From assembly GCF_000485595.1 (NCBI RefSeq), contig NW_014577064.1:809981-844672 (forward strand): a DNA stretch of 34,692 nucleotides, given 5' to 3'. Each line of letters begins with the position of its first letter. Positions within the stretch are counted from its first letter, which is position 1. Below are positions 12,201-22,007 of the stretch, piece after piece. The notes under the pieces were generated by a model. That model made no database searches. It was given only the letters and a program-made list of their open reading frames with translations, and was not told the origin of the DNA. Position numbers and translations under genes: made by a program. The stretch comes from Priapulus caudatus (lineage: Eukaryota).

Positions 12201-14425
12201 AATATTACACTTACATATATAAACTAACCCTTTTAAATGTTTTTAAACATCTAATCTACCTTTACATAGCATATGGAAAATTACTCTGTGACAGTGATGA
12301 CATATACGGGGAATTATCTACGACATACTGTCATTAAAACATATATGGACTTTAGCACCATTAATGAGCGCTAACACATAATAAACTTACGCAGCTTTGC
12401 TCATAGGTATCGATGAACCATAACCTTTCTTATAATTCTCCTCAACACATGGATCACCGCCATAGAAGTCAACATGCAAATGTGGATTATCCTGCAATCA
12501 GCAAATGTCAATATGTGATATTTGCAATGATGTGATAATATGATGCAATGATCTGAAAAACAAGTACCTGGACAAGCTGTGCTGCATGTTCTCATGTGGC
12601 ACTATCTATCACTTATCACAGTGTTACATAACAAGAATTTGTTGGAGTGTTCTATTTCTTGATGTGAGGTACAACAACTTACAATAACCCTGCAGCCATT
12701 ATTGTCTGTAGACCACTGCTGATTTTGGGTTTCCATACATTTACGAAAACACTCTACTGATATATACTCATGTGATACTAGTAACAATACTATTGACACA
12801 ATGTGTGTCTAAAACGAGACTACATTGGTGATATGCCAACCCACTGTCACACCTTTATTCACCCACCTACCATTTCAGCTCCAACATCCTCCAGTACATC
12901 ACAGAGGCGTACCCCTTTCCAGATGGCATTGCTCAGAGCAGCATTGCCCCAGCCTACTCCCTTCACCGTTTTTAGGTTAGACATCTCTGTTCGTCTGTTC
13001 CCAGCACACTAACAATGATAACGTGAAAAAAATGAAGTGTCATTCGATAATATAAGGACTACATGAATACGAATTATATTTACTACTAAGATTTTATAAT
13101 GTTTTATACATTTATTAATATTGCCTAATCACACAATACTACTATACTGCAAGTATAATTTTAGTATCTAGGTTCCCCTGCCTTCTATCTGCTTTCTGTT
13201 TAGCTCATCGAATTCCTTCCCATGTTAGACATCAGTGATACTTAACTAGACAAATTGTTGGTAGAATGAACACACTACTGGACAACAGCAAGAACTCTTA
13301 TTACATCTAGATAAATTTTGAAAATCCTCTGGTAAACTTCAGGCACATTACAACGACCATATAATCCAGGCTGGGGGGGGGGAGGCACAAATCCACCTAA
13401 CTTACACTAGACACTGTAGACAGAAAGCTCTATCTCAGGCCACAAGAATGCTATTGTGATTAACAAAGCATTTTATCGACTTGGTCAACGATATTGGATT
13501 TTGATGCAAACAAACTTCTGACCCTCCAACAAATAACACCAATACACTATATATATCAATTTCATCGACTGCCAAACTCTGGTCACCAAGAGTTCTCGCA
13601 TACCTGGAATAAGTGATCATGACATAGCAATTATCATCATTAGCATTAATTATCACATTCATCACGAAGCAAACAAAAACCAACATTGAGGGCAACTTTT
13701 CAATATTGTATTGTATTGTATTTTAAGGAACAGACTTTTCAAACTCGTCTAGGCTAGGTCATTTAAATACATATGAAAATGGATTTTCGAAACCTTACTG
13801 CACACCAGATCTGTTACATTTGCATTGTTGCACTCCATATGGGCAAGTATGTTGTATAGGAACCCCGATATCTTAATGGAAGAAGAGTATTATCACTATC
13901 TATGCAAGTGTGCGTGGCAAATCAACTAAATAAAGACTTCATTGGCAAATGTAACTTACCATGAGAGTACACATAACTGTATGATGGGTATACTTTGCCT
14001 TGAGCTCGTGCAGGGACACTTCCCTCGGTTTAGCCACCATTCCATCAACTACAAATCTACAGAGTAAAGTGTTATACAAAGTTAAGGCACAGCTGATATT
14101 AGAAAATTCATTCAAATTATGGTACAATTAATTACAATGACGAATTTGCAATTTTTAAACAATTATGATACATGGTTATATTATATATACATATAGCATA
14201 TATACAAGCAAAGAAACTGCTTTCGATAGATAAATCTTACTTGTACTTGTGTGGGTTGATATCAGGTACTGGTGCATGGTTCCGAACATAGAAGTAATCT
14301 GTTGGTGTGACATAATGGCTGCGAATAATTTCAACAGGTGGCTCAGCATTGTACGGTTGAGGTGCGTTGACGGTCATGTCATGCCTTCGTGTGGGTTCCC
14401 TGGCATACGAGTCAACCTCACTCAT
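6151..14425 (-). CDS. SUOX: Sulfite oxidase (Mo-cofactor oxidoreductase, SO family), heme-less/plant-type architecture; 10 coding exons, 1152 nt, 383 aa
   Basis: Manual splicing of exons 14425-14241, 14056-13960, 13008-12871, 12491-12391, 11367-11334, 10006-9933, 9743-9653, 8781-8627, 8487-8324, 6263-6151. All introns are GT-AG with compatible phases and there is no internal stop. SO motifs: NAEPP, FYVRNH, TLMCAGNRR (Mo-ligating Cys95), [61 protein letters not shown]. Confidence 0.95.
6356..6961. mobile_element. Foldback-type element with about 230-bp TIRs and 7-bp TSD (P/Galileo-like), in the last intron of the sulfite oxidase gene
   Basis: CAAGAGCGTAT...ATACGCTCTTG; arms approx. 6356-6585 and 6733-6961; TSD aacaaat/aacaaat. 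Confidence 0.85.
7380..7997. mobile_element. Dispersed repeat, Helentron/HINE-like (second copy 17050-17635)
   Basis: Diverged copy of 17050-17635, both starting gcagttcagtcctttgttaacagtcaac. Contains tgacctttgacc motifs and a terminal hairpin-like cagctg...acttcgtc(a)agctg followed by an A-run. Confidence 0.65.
8030..8205. repeat. Dispersed repeat fragment shared with approx. 33215-33310
   Basis: gcgg(g)ttgaaactg.aaacaactgattt...aatttcaattag...gtgccagttactctagcatt...ttgcatat present at both loci. Confidence 0.6.
8324..8487 (-). CDS. SUOX: Sulfite oxidase coding exon 9 ([14 protein letters not shown]...WAWAFW...EIVCKA)
   Basis: Acceptor ttttacag|A, donor T|gtaaga; dimerisation-domain motifs. 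Confidence 0.95.
8627..8781 (-). CDS. SUOX: Sulfite oxidase coding exon 8 ([26 protein letters not shown]...GYALSGGNR)
   Basis: Acceptor tgtttatag|GTT, donor AG|gtgagt. Confidence 0.93.
9653..9743 (-). CDS. SUOX: Sulfite oxidase coding exon 7 ([30 protein letters not shown])
   Basis: Acceptor tttttttag|G, donor TCG|gtgggt. Confidence 0.93.
9933..10006 (-). CDS. SUOX: Sulfite oxidase coding exon 6 ([25 protein letters not shown])
   Basis: Acceptor ttggcag|ATG, donor CG|gtgagc; hallmark SO-family motif. Confidence 0.95.
11334..11367 (-). CDS. SUOX: Sulfite oxidase coding exon 5, 34-nt micro-exon ([11 protein letters not shown])
   Basis: Acceptor tctctgcag|A, donor GAG|gtaag; supplies the DP.xDV.LAxE segment that precedes MNG. 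Confidence 0.9.
12391..12491 (-). CDS. SUOX: Sulfite oxidase coding exon 4 ([33 protein letters not shown])
   Basis: Acceptor attgcag|GAT, donor GC|gtaagt; HVxF...YGSSIP motif. Confidence 0.92.
12871..13008 (-). CDS. SUOX: Sulfite oxidase coding exon 3 ([46 protein letters not shown])
   Basis: Acceptor attgttag|TGT, donor ATG|gtaggt; contains the Mo-ligating Cys. Confidence 0.95.
13960..14056 (-). CDS. SUOX: Sulfite oxidase coding exon 2 ([10 protein letters not shown]...TVMCTLM)
   Basis: Acceptor ctctgtag|A, donor ATG|gtaagt; phase 2 in, phase 0 out. Confidence 0.92.
14241..14425 (-). CDS. SUOX: Sulfite oxidase coding exon 1 ([11 protein letters not shown]...[15 protein letters not shown])
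   Basis: ATG has A at -3. Upstream acceptor tttcttcag places the exon start at 14446, with an in-frame TGA 4 codons before the ATG. Donor AA|gtaag. Confidence 0.92.
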
Positions 14426-14763
14426 CGTGCTTGCTCAAGTAGTGTACTGAAGAAACGGGAATAGGAATCTGGTTCATACGCAGTACCTCACAGTTATGTG
14501 TGTAACGATTCTCTGATGCAATGGTGAATCACGACACAGCAACCCATGATATGATAATCAATACTAATCATCCATACCCAGGGTACGTTCCGGCAGTACC
14601 CTGGAGGACAGAGACCCTCTCAGCGCCAGTAACATTGGCAAAACACCGGCTCTCCGAGTCGGTGGCTTGAGCGAGAGTTGTTAGCAAGTACCTATACATT
14701 TTTATTTATAGCATCAATGAGCAAACATGGCCTACATGTTTTACCTAAAGGATATCATGCCAT

Positions 14764-15052
14764 AAGACCACCCTTAAAAAATTGTTTGTTTCCTCTTTAC
14801 CTACTCGCCTCTCAGGGTACCGAGTAGGTAGGTAGGTGAAAAATCTTTTTTATTTTGTTTTGACAAGATGTGTGTATGTATATTGTATATTCTGTTTTGT
14901 GTATATGTTTTTGCGGACCGAATTAGATTTTTTTTTTGGCGAAACAAAATAATTTTTGTTTTGTTTTAATCGGCCAATAAAATGTGTCAAGTAGCGGCGT
15001 TTTGGCGAGTCGGTCGGTAAAGGGGAAACAAGCAATATTTTACCTTAGGCCC
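14764..15052. mobile_element. Degenerate MITE upstream of sulfite oxidase coding exon 1
   Basis: Imperfect inverted ends aaaattgtttgtttcctctttacc / ggtaaaggggaaacaagcaatatttt. Confidence 0.45.
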
Positions 15053-15568
15053 AATTTATCAACATTTTACAAACTTGAAATAGAGAATGCAAGCGTGAAA
15101 CATGACATTGACAAAAACACTTCGGACATCATTCACGATGTGTATTATACTTATACTCTGTTCAGTTCAACAGCTAAGTACTACGCAATGCCGTACACTA
15201 AATTGTTCAGACAAGCAAGAGTCAGTGAAACAGTCTTATCTTTATTTTTATTATTTTTTTTTAATTCGTGAGGGTCGGTAAAAAACTGCTTGTACCAGCC
15301 CTCTGGGCCAGTGCAAAAAATCTGAATTTCATGCCCTGTATATATATCCAACACAATAATAAGGTCTCTGTATTTGCATCTTGAAAGCAGTACTAATTTA
15401 ACTTTATTTATCACGATATTTATCACCACTAAGTCTACCTGACCTTCACCATCCAATCAGGGCTACACGACCAATATTGGGATCGAAGGGCTGAACAAAA
15501 CCTAACACAGTAGATGTAAAACTGATTCAGCACCTACACGTTTTCTGCTGACCTCGGCAGTTACACCC

Positions 15569-15622
15569 AGGTAGATATACCTAGAGTGGCACTACTAGTG
15601 TCACTCTAGGTATATATCTACC
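15569..15622. repeat. Short inverted repeat / hairpin
   Basis: ggtagatatacctagagtggcact...agtgtcactctaggtatatatctacc. Confidence 0.7.
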
Positions 15623-15748
15623 CGTGCAGTGTCTACTAGTACTACTGTACATAGTGGTGTTAGTATATACACTTGAAACACAAAGGGCTGCATGGCTCAC
15701 TGCCTGCGGTCATGGAATGGAGCCGCCCTGATAAAGCTAACTATATAT

Positions 15749-15870
15749 GCAAAAAACGGTTTCGGAAGGAGTCACTCGAGAGAACTTCTACTGAGTATTA
15801 ATATTATCCTCCTAGATATACGGTCACTACCTCTCAACAGCGTCACGTACAACACGCTTGAATGCAGCCG
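15749..15870. repeat. Dispersed repeat fragment shared with approx. 33940-34052
   Basis: aaaacggttt.ggaaggagtcact.gagagaactt...ggtcacta.ctctcaaca...gtcacgtac...aacacgcttgaatg at both loci. Confidence 0.65.
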
Positions 15871-16051
15871 AAACATTTACCGAGGAAAAATGCGCAGGTA
15901 TACATGTGGGTTTTCGCACGTACTGCGCAGCCGCAGTTAATACAAACTCGGTCGCGACTGTGCGAATCATTGGTGATCATAGGTACATAGCGACCTTAGT
16001 GGTTCAGTGTAGTAAAGGCACATCAATGTCGCACCTCTGGCCACAGCACCC

Positions 16052-16206
16052 GGCAGATATATGCGATATGATATGACTACTAGGCACTTAGGATATGACT
16101 ACTAGGCACTTAAAAAAAAACCCTAACCCTAACCCTAACCCTAAAAAAAGAAAAATTAAATTAAATTAAAGTGCCTAGTAGTCATATCATATCGCATCTT
16201 TCTGCC
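16052..16206. mobile_element. Small inverted-repeat element enclosing (CCCTAA)n telomere-type repeats
   Basis: Arms ggcaga...atgcgatatgatatgactactaggcact / agtgcctagtagtcatatcatatcgcat...tctgcc around four CCCTAA units. Confidence 0.7.
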
Positions 16207-16732
16207 AACACCCTGGCCACATGTCGTGCCACAGACTCACTCTCAGTAAAAAAAAACATTGCCAACATTTTACAAATACTGTTGTCATTTACGCGTCTGT
16301 CATACACCCTATTTTAATGTCATAAGAGATGCAAAAACACATGTTATAATAGCATCTAAATAAAATCAAACTAATCTGATCTAATTAAATCCAAGGTAAT
16401 TACTAATTAGCCAAAATAAATATCTGGCACTTTCTTCCTCGGCGCTCCAGCCCAGCAGGGGAGCTAAATTGTCTCCATACCCCCAGGTGCCCCGTAGCCT
16501 ATTCTCATATACCCGCGATCTTCTTAGATCCATGAGATTCTCAGACTCGCGAATACGCAAGGCTGAGCATGTGAGCCACGTGCCTAGGGCAGTTATCTGT
16601 GTGTACGCAATATCAAGGACAGCCTGATATAGCAACTGCACATGGCGTAAAAGATAACCACGTCTCTCTAGATATTTCAATAGTACACGTGTGCATTTTT
16701 TTTTTAATATTGAAAATGACCTTTTAAATAAT

Positions 16733-17041
16733 AGGTGCGTTCACACTGGCGCGAATTAGCGGGCTGCAAATCCCGGTTTTTGCAGCCCGCTCGAAAAACC
16801 GAGGTTTTTACAAGTGTGAACGCAATTAGCTCACTAAATCGCGCTCAAAATAGCGTCCTGCAAAGAACACTTCCGACTGCGCTAATTTGGAATAAGCGCG
16901 CTTATTTACACCGCGACGTGTTATCCCGCTCGGCGATTAGCGAGATATTTCCGCCTGTGTGAACAACGACACAATTAGCTCACTATTATCTCCGCTATTA
17001 GCAGGATGAGCAGTGCGGTTTTTCTGTGTTTGAACACGCCT
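16733..17041. mobile_element. MITE with AGG...CCT termini (Harbinger/ISL2EU-like)
   Basis: AGGTGCGTTCACAC / GTTTGAACACGCCT; flanks at/at; internal repeats of gtgtgaac and aattagc. Confidence 0.65.
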
Positions 17042-17049
17042 ATTGAAAT

Positions 17050-17635
17050 GCAGTTCAGTCCTTTGTTAACAGTCAACAAATCCATGTTCAACCCTCCTCT
17101 TGAGGGTCAAAAGGTTATCAGACACTTACTCTTCGCATGTCAGCGGAAAGTACATTTCATGGTACTTTCAATAAAGTGATAGAAATGGTAGGTCAGCGCT
17201 GAAACAAAAAAGTTTTGCACTCGGTCCGTTAGACCATGTACTCTGACATTACCCCCACTGCCCTTTGACCTGTGACCTCCAATTTCGCGCTGGTGATGGG
17301 TTTCCACCCCATCACACTATACATCGAATATTAAGAGCGTAGCGGTCGATCGCTGTGAGATTTGCTCGCAATTCCGTATTTCCTCCTATGCCTTAAGTTA
17401 AAGGGAAAATATTCCCCTTCCATTAACACATCTTGACCTTTGACCGTTGACCCCCCAAATTCGACATCCCAAGTCCTTTTCGCGACCCCCCCCGCCCCCC
17501 GATGTCCCAAATATCAAGACCGTCTGTCAAGCAGTTAAGATTTGTGCCGTAACTGTTGACACACGGACTGACGGCCGGACGCACATTCATGCGATTCTAC
17601 AAGCTGCATCCAACTTCGTCAGCTGAGATAAAAAG
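17050..17635. mobile_element. Dispersed repeat, Helentron/HINE-like (copy of 7380-7997)
   Basis: Collinear similarity with 7380-7997. Confidence 0.65.
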
Positions 17636-17971
17636 AGATGCGTCCACACCATCTAGTTTGAAATTAGATGGTCCTCCTAAATTTCAAATTGTTCTCTAAA
17701 AGTAATGCCGGCGTGCAAGCCTAAGAAAGATATTTTAAATGATGAATAAATGGATGATGATGGTTTTTCATGGTGATTCACCTACAATGAATGTATCAAA
17801 CAATACAGTAATTGTTATTCACTTTAATAATATACTGAACGTGGAAAATTCAAAGAAAATTACCGTGAAAATGGGACAAAATATTCATTTGACTTTGAAA
17901 ATCTCATGGTCCTCCTGATTATTTGATGCGCCCCGGACCATTGACCATCGCTTATTTCGACCCCTGGTCAA

Positions 17972-18786
17972 CTAGGGTGTAACGATTCACCGATACCAGA
18001 ATAGCGAGCGGCCCGCGATACGAAAATCGATACGCAGCGTCCGTATCGCGGATACAACAATACGCATGCCTGTGAACGAGCACTGATTGTCGAAAATAAC
18101 ATTTATGCCTCGATACAAGGGCCCGGCCGGCGGTTTGTTGACACATAGCTTAGTGACGTATGCAGTACACGCATACGTGCGTTTCGCACGCGAATTGCAG
18201 GCACAACCAAGTAGTGATTCTCACAATTTCTCAAAGTGCATAGAACATTTTACCAATTTAGTGATCTCAGTTAGTCATAGATTTGTCGCAGAGTAGTACT
18301 AACAGTAGATGTTTACATACGTCACCCGTTTTGCACACAGCAATTACGTTCGACCATTGTTAAAAGCAACAGTAAAGAAAATTGCTGCATTTCTCCATTT
18401 CGATTTCTGCCAGCACAGCCGATGTATAATTTATATTTCTCTGACATTACAACTCGGAATAATTTAATTTTGCACTCATTTCAATGGCAGCCGCCATTGC
18501 TGTTACAAAGCGCATCAGGGCTTGATATTAAGTGTCGTCTTTTACGATTATGTCTTTAGTGCATAATTGAAATTCGAAAATTCAACTTAAATTTCAACTT
18601 TCAAGCAATTTTTTGCATGTTTTCGTTAACTATGATTTTTGTGCATACATATTTTAACATTAGCATTGTTTTCAACAAATTTATGCTTGACTGACCTTGT
18701 CTGTGTATCCCGATACAATATTGATCATCACCTACGTATCGAGAACGTAATCATATCGTGGCCAAAGCGCATCAATCAAACTCTAA
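17972..18786. mobile_element. Degenerate hAT(Ac)-like non-autonomous element (copy at approx. 22390-23195)
   Basis: Begins TAGGG(G)TGTAACGATTC and has many subterminal cgatac/gtatcg repeats at both ends; the right end and TSD are eroded. Confidence 0.45.
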
Positions 18787-18954
18787 AGAGTCAACAACAG
18801 TAAGAAGGAAACTAAAGTGCTATATATAGAACAACAACTCGCCCTATGGCACACAGAACTTGTGTATCGTATTCGGCTTTTCTTTATCCGTGCCAGGGGA
18901 CTTCTGGTACGTAATCGCCCCTAGTATATATATACACAACATATTGCCGATAAA

Positions 18955-18996
18955 GTCTAAATGTCCCTCTGACCTGGCTCGTTTAGCTATTTCTGA

Positions 18997-19047
<51 letters not shown>

Positions 19048-19590
19048 TAATATATAATAGGGTTAGGTTATGGTTACGGTTAGGGTTAAGGGCCGGACAC
19101 ACTAGGCGATGGCATCGGGCGATGGCATCGAGCGATGTAATCGCCCGATCTATCACGCGAGCGAGTGACACACTAGGCGATTAAATCGGGCGATTTACAC
19201 GCAGCGCCGTTGTGCTGAAAAAAAAATACATTGTGATTTCGCGCATTGTGTCTGAGTGCATTGTGTTCACTCTGGTTCAGTCATCAGAAATTATGCATGT
19301 GCTTGTTGTTCATTGGCTGATGAATTGTACAATCGGGCGATGTTTATCGCCGGCGCGGACACACTAGGCGATGGCATCGGTGATAATATCAAAACGTTTT
19401 GATCTGTGCGATGGCATCGGGCGATGACATCGGGGAGAAATCGGTGGCGATTGAGTGGACACACTAGGCGATTTTCACGGCGATTACATCGCCCGATGCC
19501 ATCGCCTAATGTGTCCGGCCCTTTAGGGTTAGTCAGAAATAGCTAAACGAGCCAGGTCAAACAGAGGTCAGGGGGACATATAGACCCTTC
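18955..19590. mobile_element. Inverted-repeat element enclosing (TA)n and TTAGGG-like repeats, carrying a nested Harbinger MITE
   Basis: Arms tgacctggctcgtttagctatttctgactaa / ttagtcagaaatagctaaacgagccaggtca, with outer atgtccc / gggacat. Confidence 0.7.
19089..19522. mobile_element. PIF/Harbinger-like MITE (copies approx. 23507-23961 and 26784-27238)
   Basis: TIR AGGGCCGGACACA.TAGGCGATGGCATCGGGCGAT / ATCGCCCGATGCCATCGCCTAATGTGTCCGGCCCT; TSD tta/tta; internal ggacacactaggcgat repeats. Confidence 0.85.
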
Positions 19591-20545
19591 GAGCCAAAGT
19601 ATTCCAGTGTAAGTACTCACCACCCACTGAAGTGGTACCAGCATATATACAGTAGATTGGTGACTGCAGTCCCAAAAAAGCTATATAAATGTATCACGTA
19701 TGATAACAATAGTAGACATAGATATACGAGTGGCAGATGTTTTTGGGTGACATTTGATAACAAAATGCAAACATACTCTACTCTACCTTAACTCTAATGC
19801 TCATTTAGGTAAAGAATTTTTGCAAAACCATGCCATTGATTACTTTTAGCAGTCTGCGAAATTAACCACTGGCCCGGTATCCGAGGCCAGTAAATTTTCC
19901 GTGGGCCAATGAAACTGGTAAATGAACAAGCCCGATGGGCCAGTGGAAAAAAAATGGAGTAAATGGTCTATTAATGATATTTCAGCTTCTTTATGTGATG
20001 ATCAGTCTGAGAATTTACCGAAATTCCCGATATTTTGGTATGAAAATTTACCGATATTTACCGATAGGGCATCATATTCCCGATCTTAAGTAGGGGAATT
20101 AACTAGTCAACACCATGCGTGTTTGTCGCCGCTAGAGGTCGGAACAACTTCCGGTTTCCGGGGTTCTGGTTTTCAACGTGGCTGAAACGTGTTGGCCTAA
20201 GTTACTGTTCGAGGTCGCAAATGAGTTTTCTGATTATGAATGAGCGTGATGATGATGAGTACGATGGCAGTGACAATGAGATGGGGGCGAGGAAAGTGGA
20301 TATTTTTTTTTCAATTTCATGAAAGAATAAATCTCTAAGAATACACCAGGGCCCAGATTCATCATTGGTGCGTAAGTTACCGTCCATAGGCAGGCATCCT
20401 ACGAAGTGCGTACGTAACGTTGCTGAGGTTAATTCATCAAGCCGTCCTAGCCCGTGCGTAGGCATATCTTAATGAGTTGCACATAACCCCGCTGGTAGCA
20501 GCCGCATTCCTTCCTCGCTGCAGTATTTCATGTGACACCGTTTTT

Positions 20546-21009
20546 TGCCCATACTCAGCAGCTAGGGCCTGCATGCCTCCCAAAGTTATACTCGGTCGGG
20601 TTTTTAACACATTCTAACTCTAAAACTGTTACGTTAAAAATTATTAAAATATTTACATAAACAGACAAGACGGTTGTTATTTTGAATACGAAGTTTTATT
20701 TCCAATCGTAGTTTATTTCAAAAGTTATATCAGCCGAAAGTTGCTACCTTGACTCGATTGCAACACTAGCTGGTCAAATATAAACAATATGGCGCTCTAG
20801 CGGGCGTGGTAGCAACTTTCGGCTGATATAACATTTGAAATAAACTACGATAGAAAATAAAACTTCGTATTCAAAATGACAACCGTCTTGTCTGTTTATG
20901 TAAATATTTTAATAATTTTTAACGTAATAGTTTTAGAGTTAGAATGTGATAAAAACTCGACCGAGTATAACTTCGGGAGGTATGCAGGCCCTAGCTGCGA
21001 GTTGTGGCA
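20546..21009. mobile_element. Foldback element with about 200-bp arms (copies approx. 24981-25450 and 28300-28775)
   Basis: gcagctagggcctgcat...gaaagttgctacc / ggtagcaactttc...atgcaggccctagctgc. Confidence 0.8.
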
Positions 21010-22007
21010 TGGGAATGTTAAACACAGCCACATCAAGAATAGCAGAAACGCGTACAACTGGGCAGATGCATGTAATAACGAGCTAATAATACCTATGTTG
21101 TATTAGCTCGTGATGTCAACAACACGGCACAGCCCAGAGTCTGACCCAGCCTAGCACAGCCCCATCTCTCAATTGCATCTTCTACGAGAATAAAGACTAT
21201 GTACTATTTGCACCCTTTTCCATGGAAATTACTCTCACAAAGAAGAGAAAAGCATGGAAAGCAGTGCAGGCAGCAGTGAATGCTGTGTCAACAAAACTAG
21301 TGCTCGTCTCTGTACTATTGCTGCCGCTGCTGCAAACGTTGCCATCTCTTCCACTGACTTTTTGATGTATGGTGTGCGCGCGTGTGTGTGCGATTGACTC
21401 GCCCCAACTTAAGTGGATGCTTGTCTAAGCACGATGTCAACAGAAAGTCTTTGGTTCCAACCACTAGCTTTAAACTAGTGTAGGTGTCATAAACTAGTGT
21501 AGGTGTGAACAAACACCTTTTGTTACAACATTATAGGCATTGACTGTGCGAAAACACGCTTTTTATACATGCCCCAGTGCAGCTAGGACAGCTCTCTGGC
21601 TGTCCTAGAGTTATGTACACAGTGGACGTCAGCGTAGCGCGTTGATGAATTGCAACTTAAATCATGCATGCCTATGCCCCGCTTACGCCAGCCCGCCGTG
21701 CTGAGAAGCAATGATAAATCTGGCCCCAGAGTTCCAGGGTTCTCCCTACGTTGCGCAAACGGGGCGCGCGCGCCCCGTTTGGGAAAACTCCCACCTGTTT
21801 GAATCGTTGCGCCCCGTTTGGCAAAACTCCCCCCTGTTTGAATCGTTGCGCCCCGTTTAAATTACCTCCGCCCCGTTTAAATTCCACCACAATAAAAGTT
21901 TGCCAGCGCGGGAATCGATCGTCAAGAATTGCCGTTCGACCAGGAAATCCGACGCGTGTATTTTTACAGTAACGCATGCACTGAAGACAGTACACAAGTT
22001 AACCTGA

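Larger units (their letters stand above)
17593..22007. repeat. About 4.4-kb tandem repeat unit, copy A
   Basis: Unit restarts at 22008 (gattctacaagctgcatcc...), giving a period of 4415 bp. Confidence 0.92.

Noticed and set aside
6151..14425. Nitrate reductase interpretation of the Mo-enzyme gene
   Set aside because: The ORF stops right after the dimerisation domain, with no b5 or FAD domains, and it retains the SO-type Tyr (DYK) and Arg (WNLRG).
16120..16145. (CCCTAA)n as a true telomere or fusion scar
   Set aside because: Only four units, enclosed in an inverted-repeat element.
19089..19522. Regularly recurring ggacacactaggcgat motif resembling a CRISPR repeat-spacer array
   Set aside because: Spacing is irregular, spacers are mutually similar, the whole lies within TIRs and a TTA TSD of a MITE, and the context is eukaryotic with no cas genes.
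21010..21430. Possible transposase zinc-finger remnant (REKHAKAVQAA) inside the composite element
   Set aside because: Frames differ among the three error-prone copies and there is no convincing Cys/His pattern.
21672..21995. Repeated ORFs (FKQGGVFPNGA...), also at 26136, 29451 and 32533
   Set aside because: Translations of subterminal repeats of the CAGGGTTCTCCC non-autonomous element.
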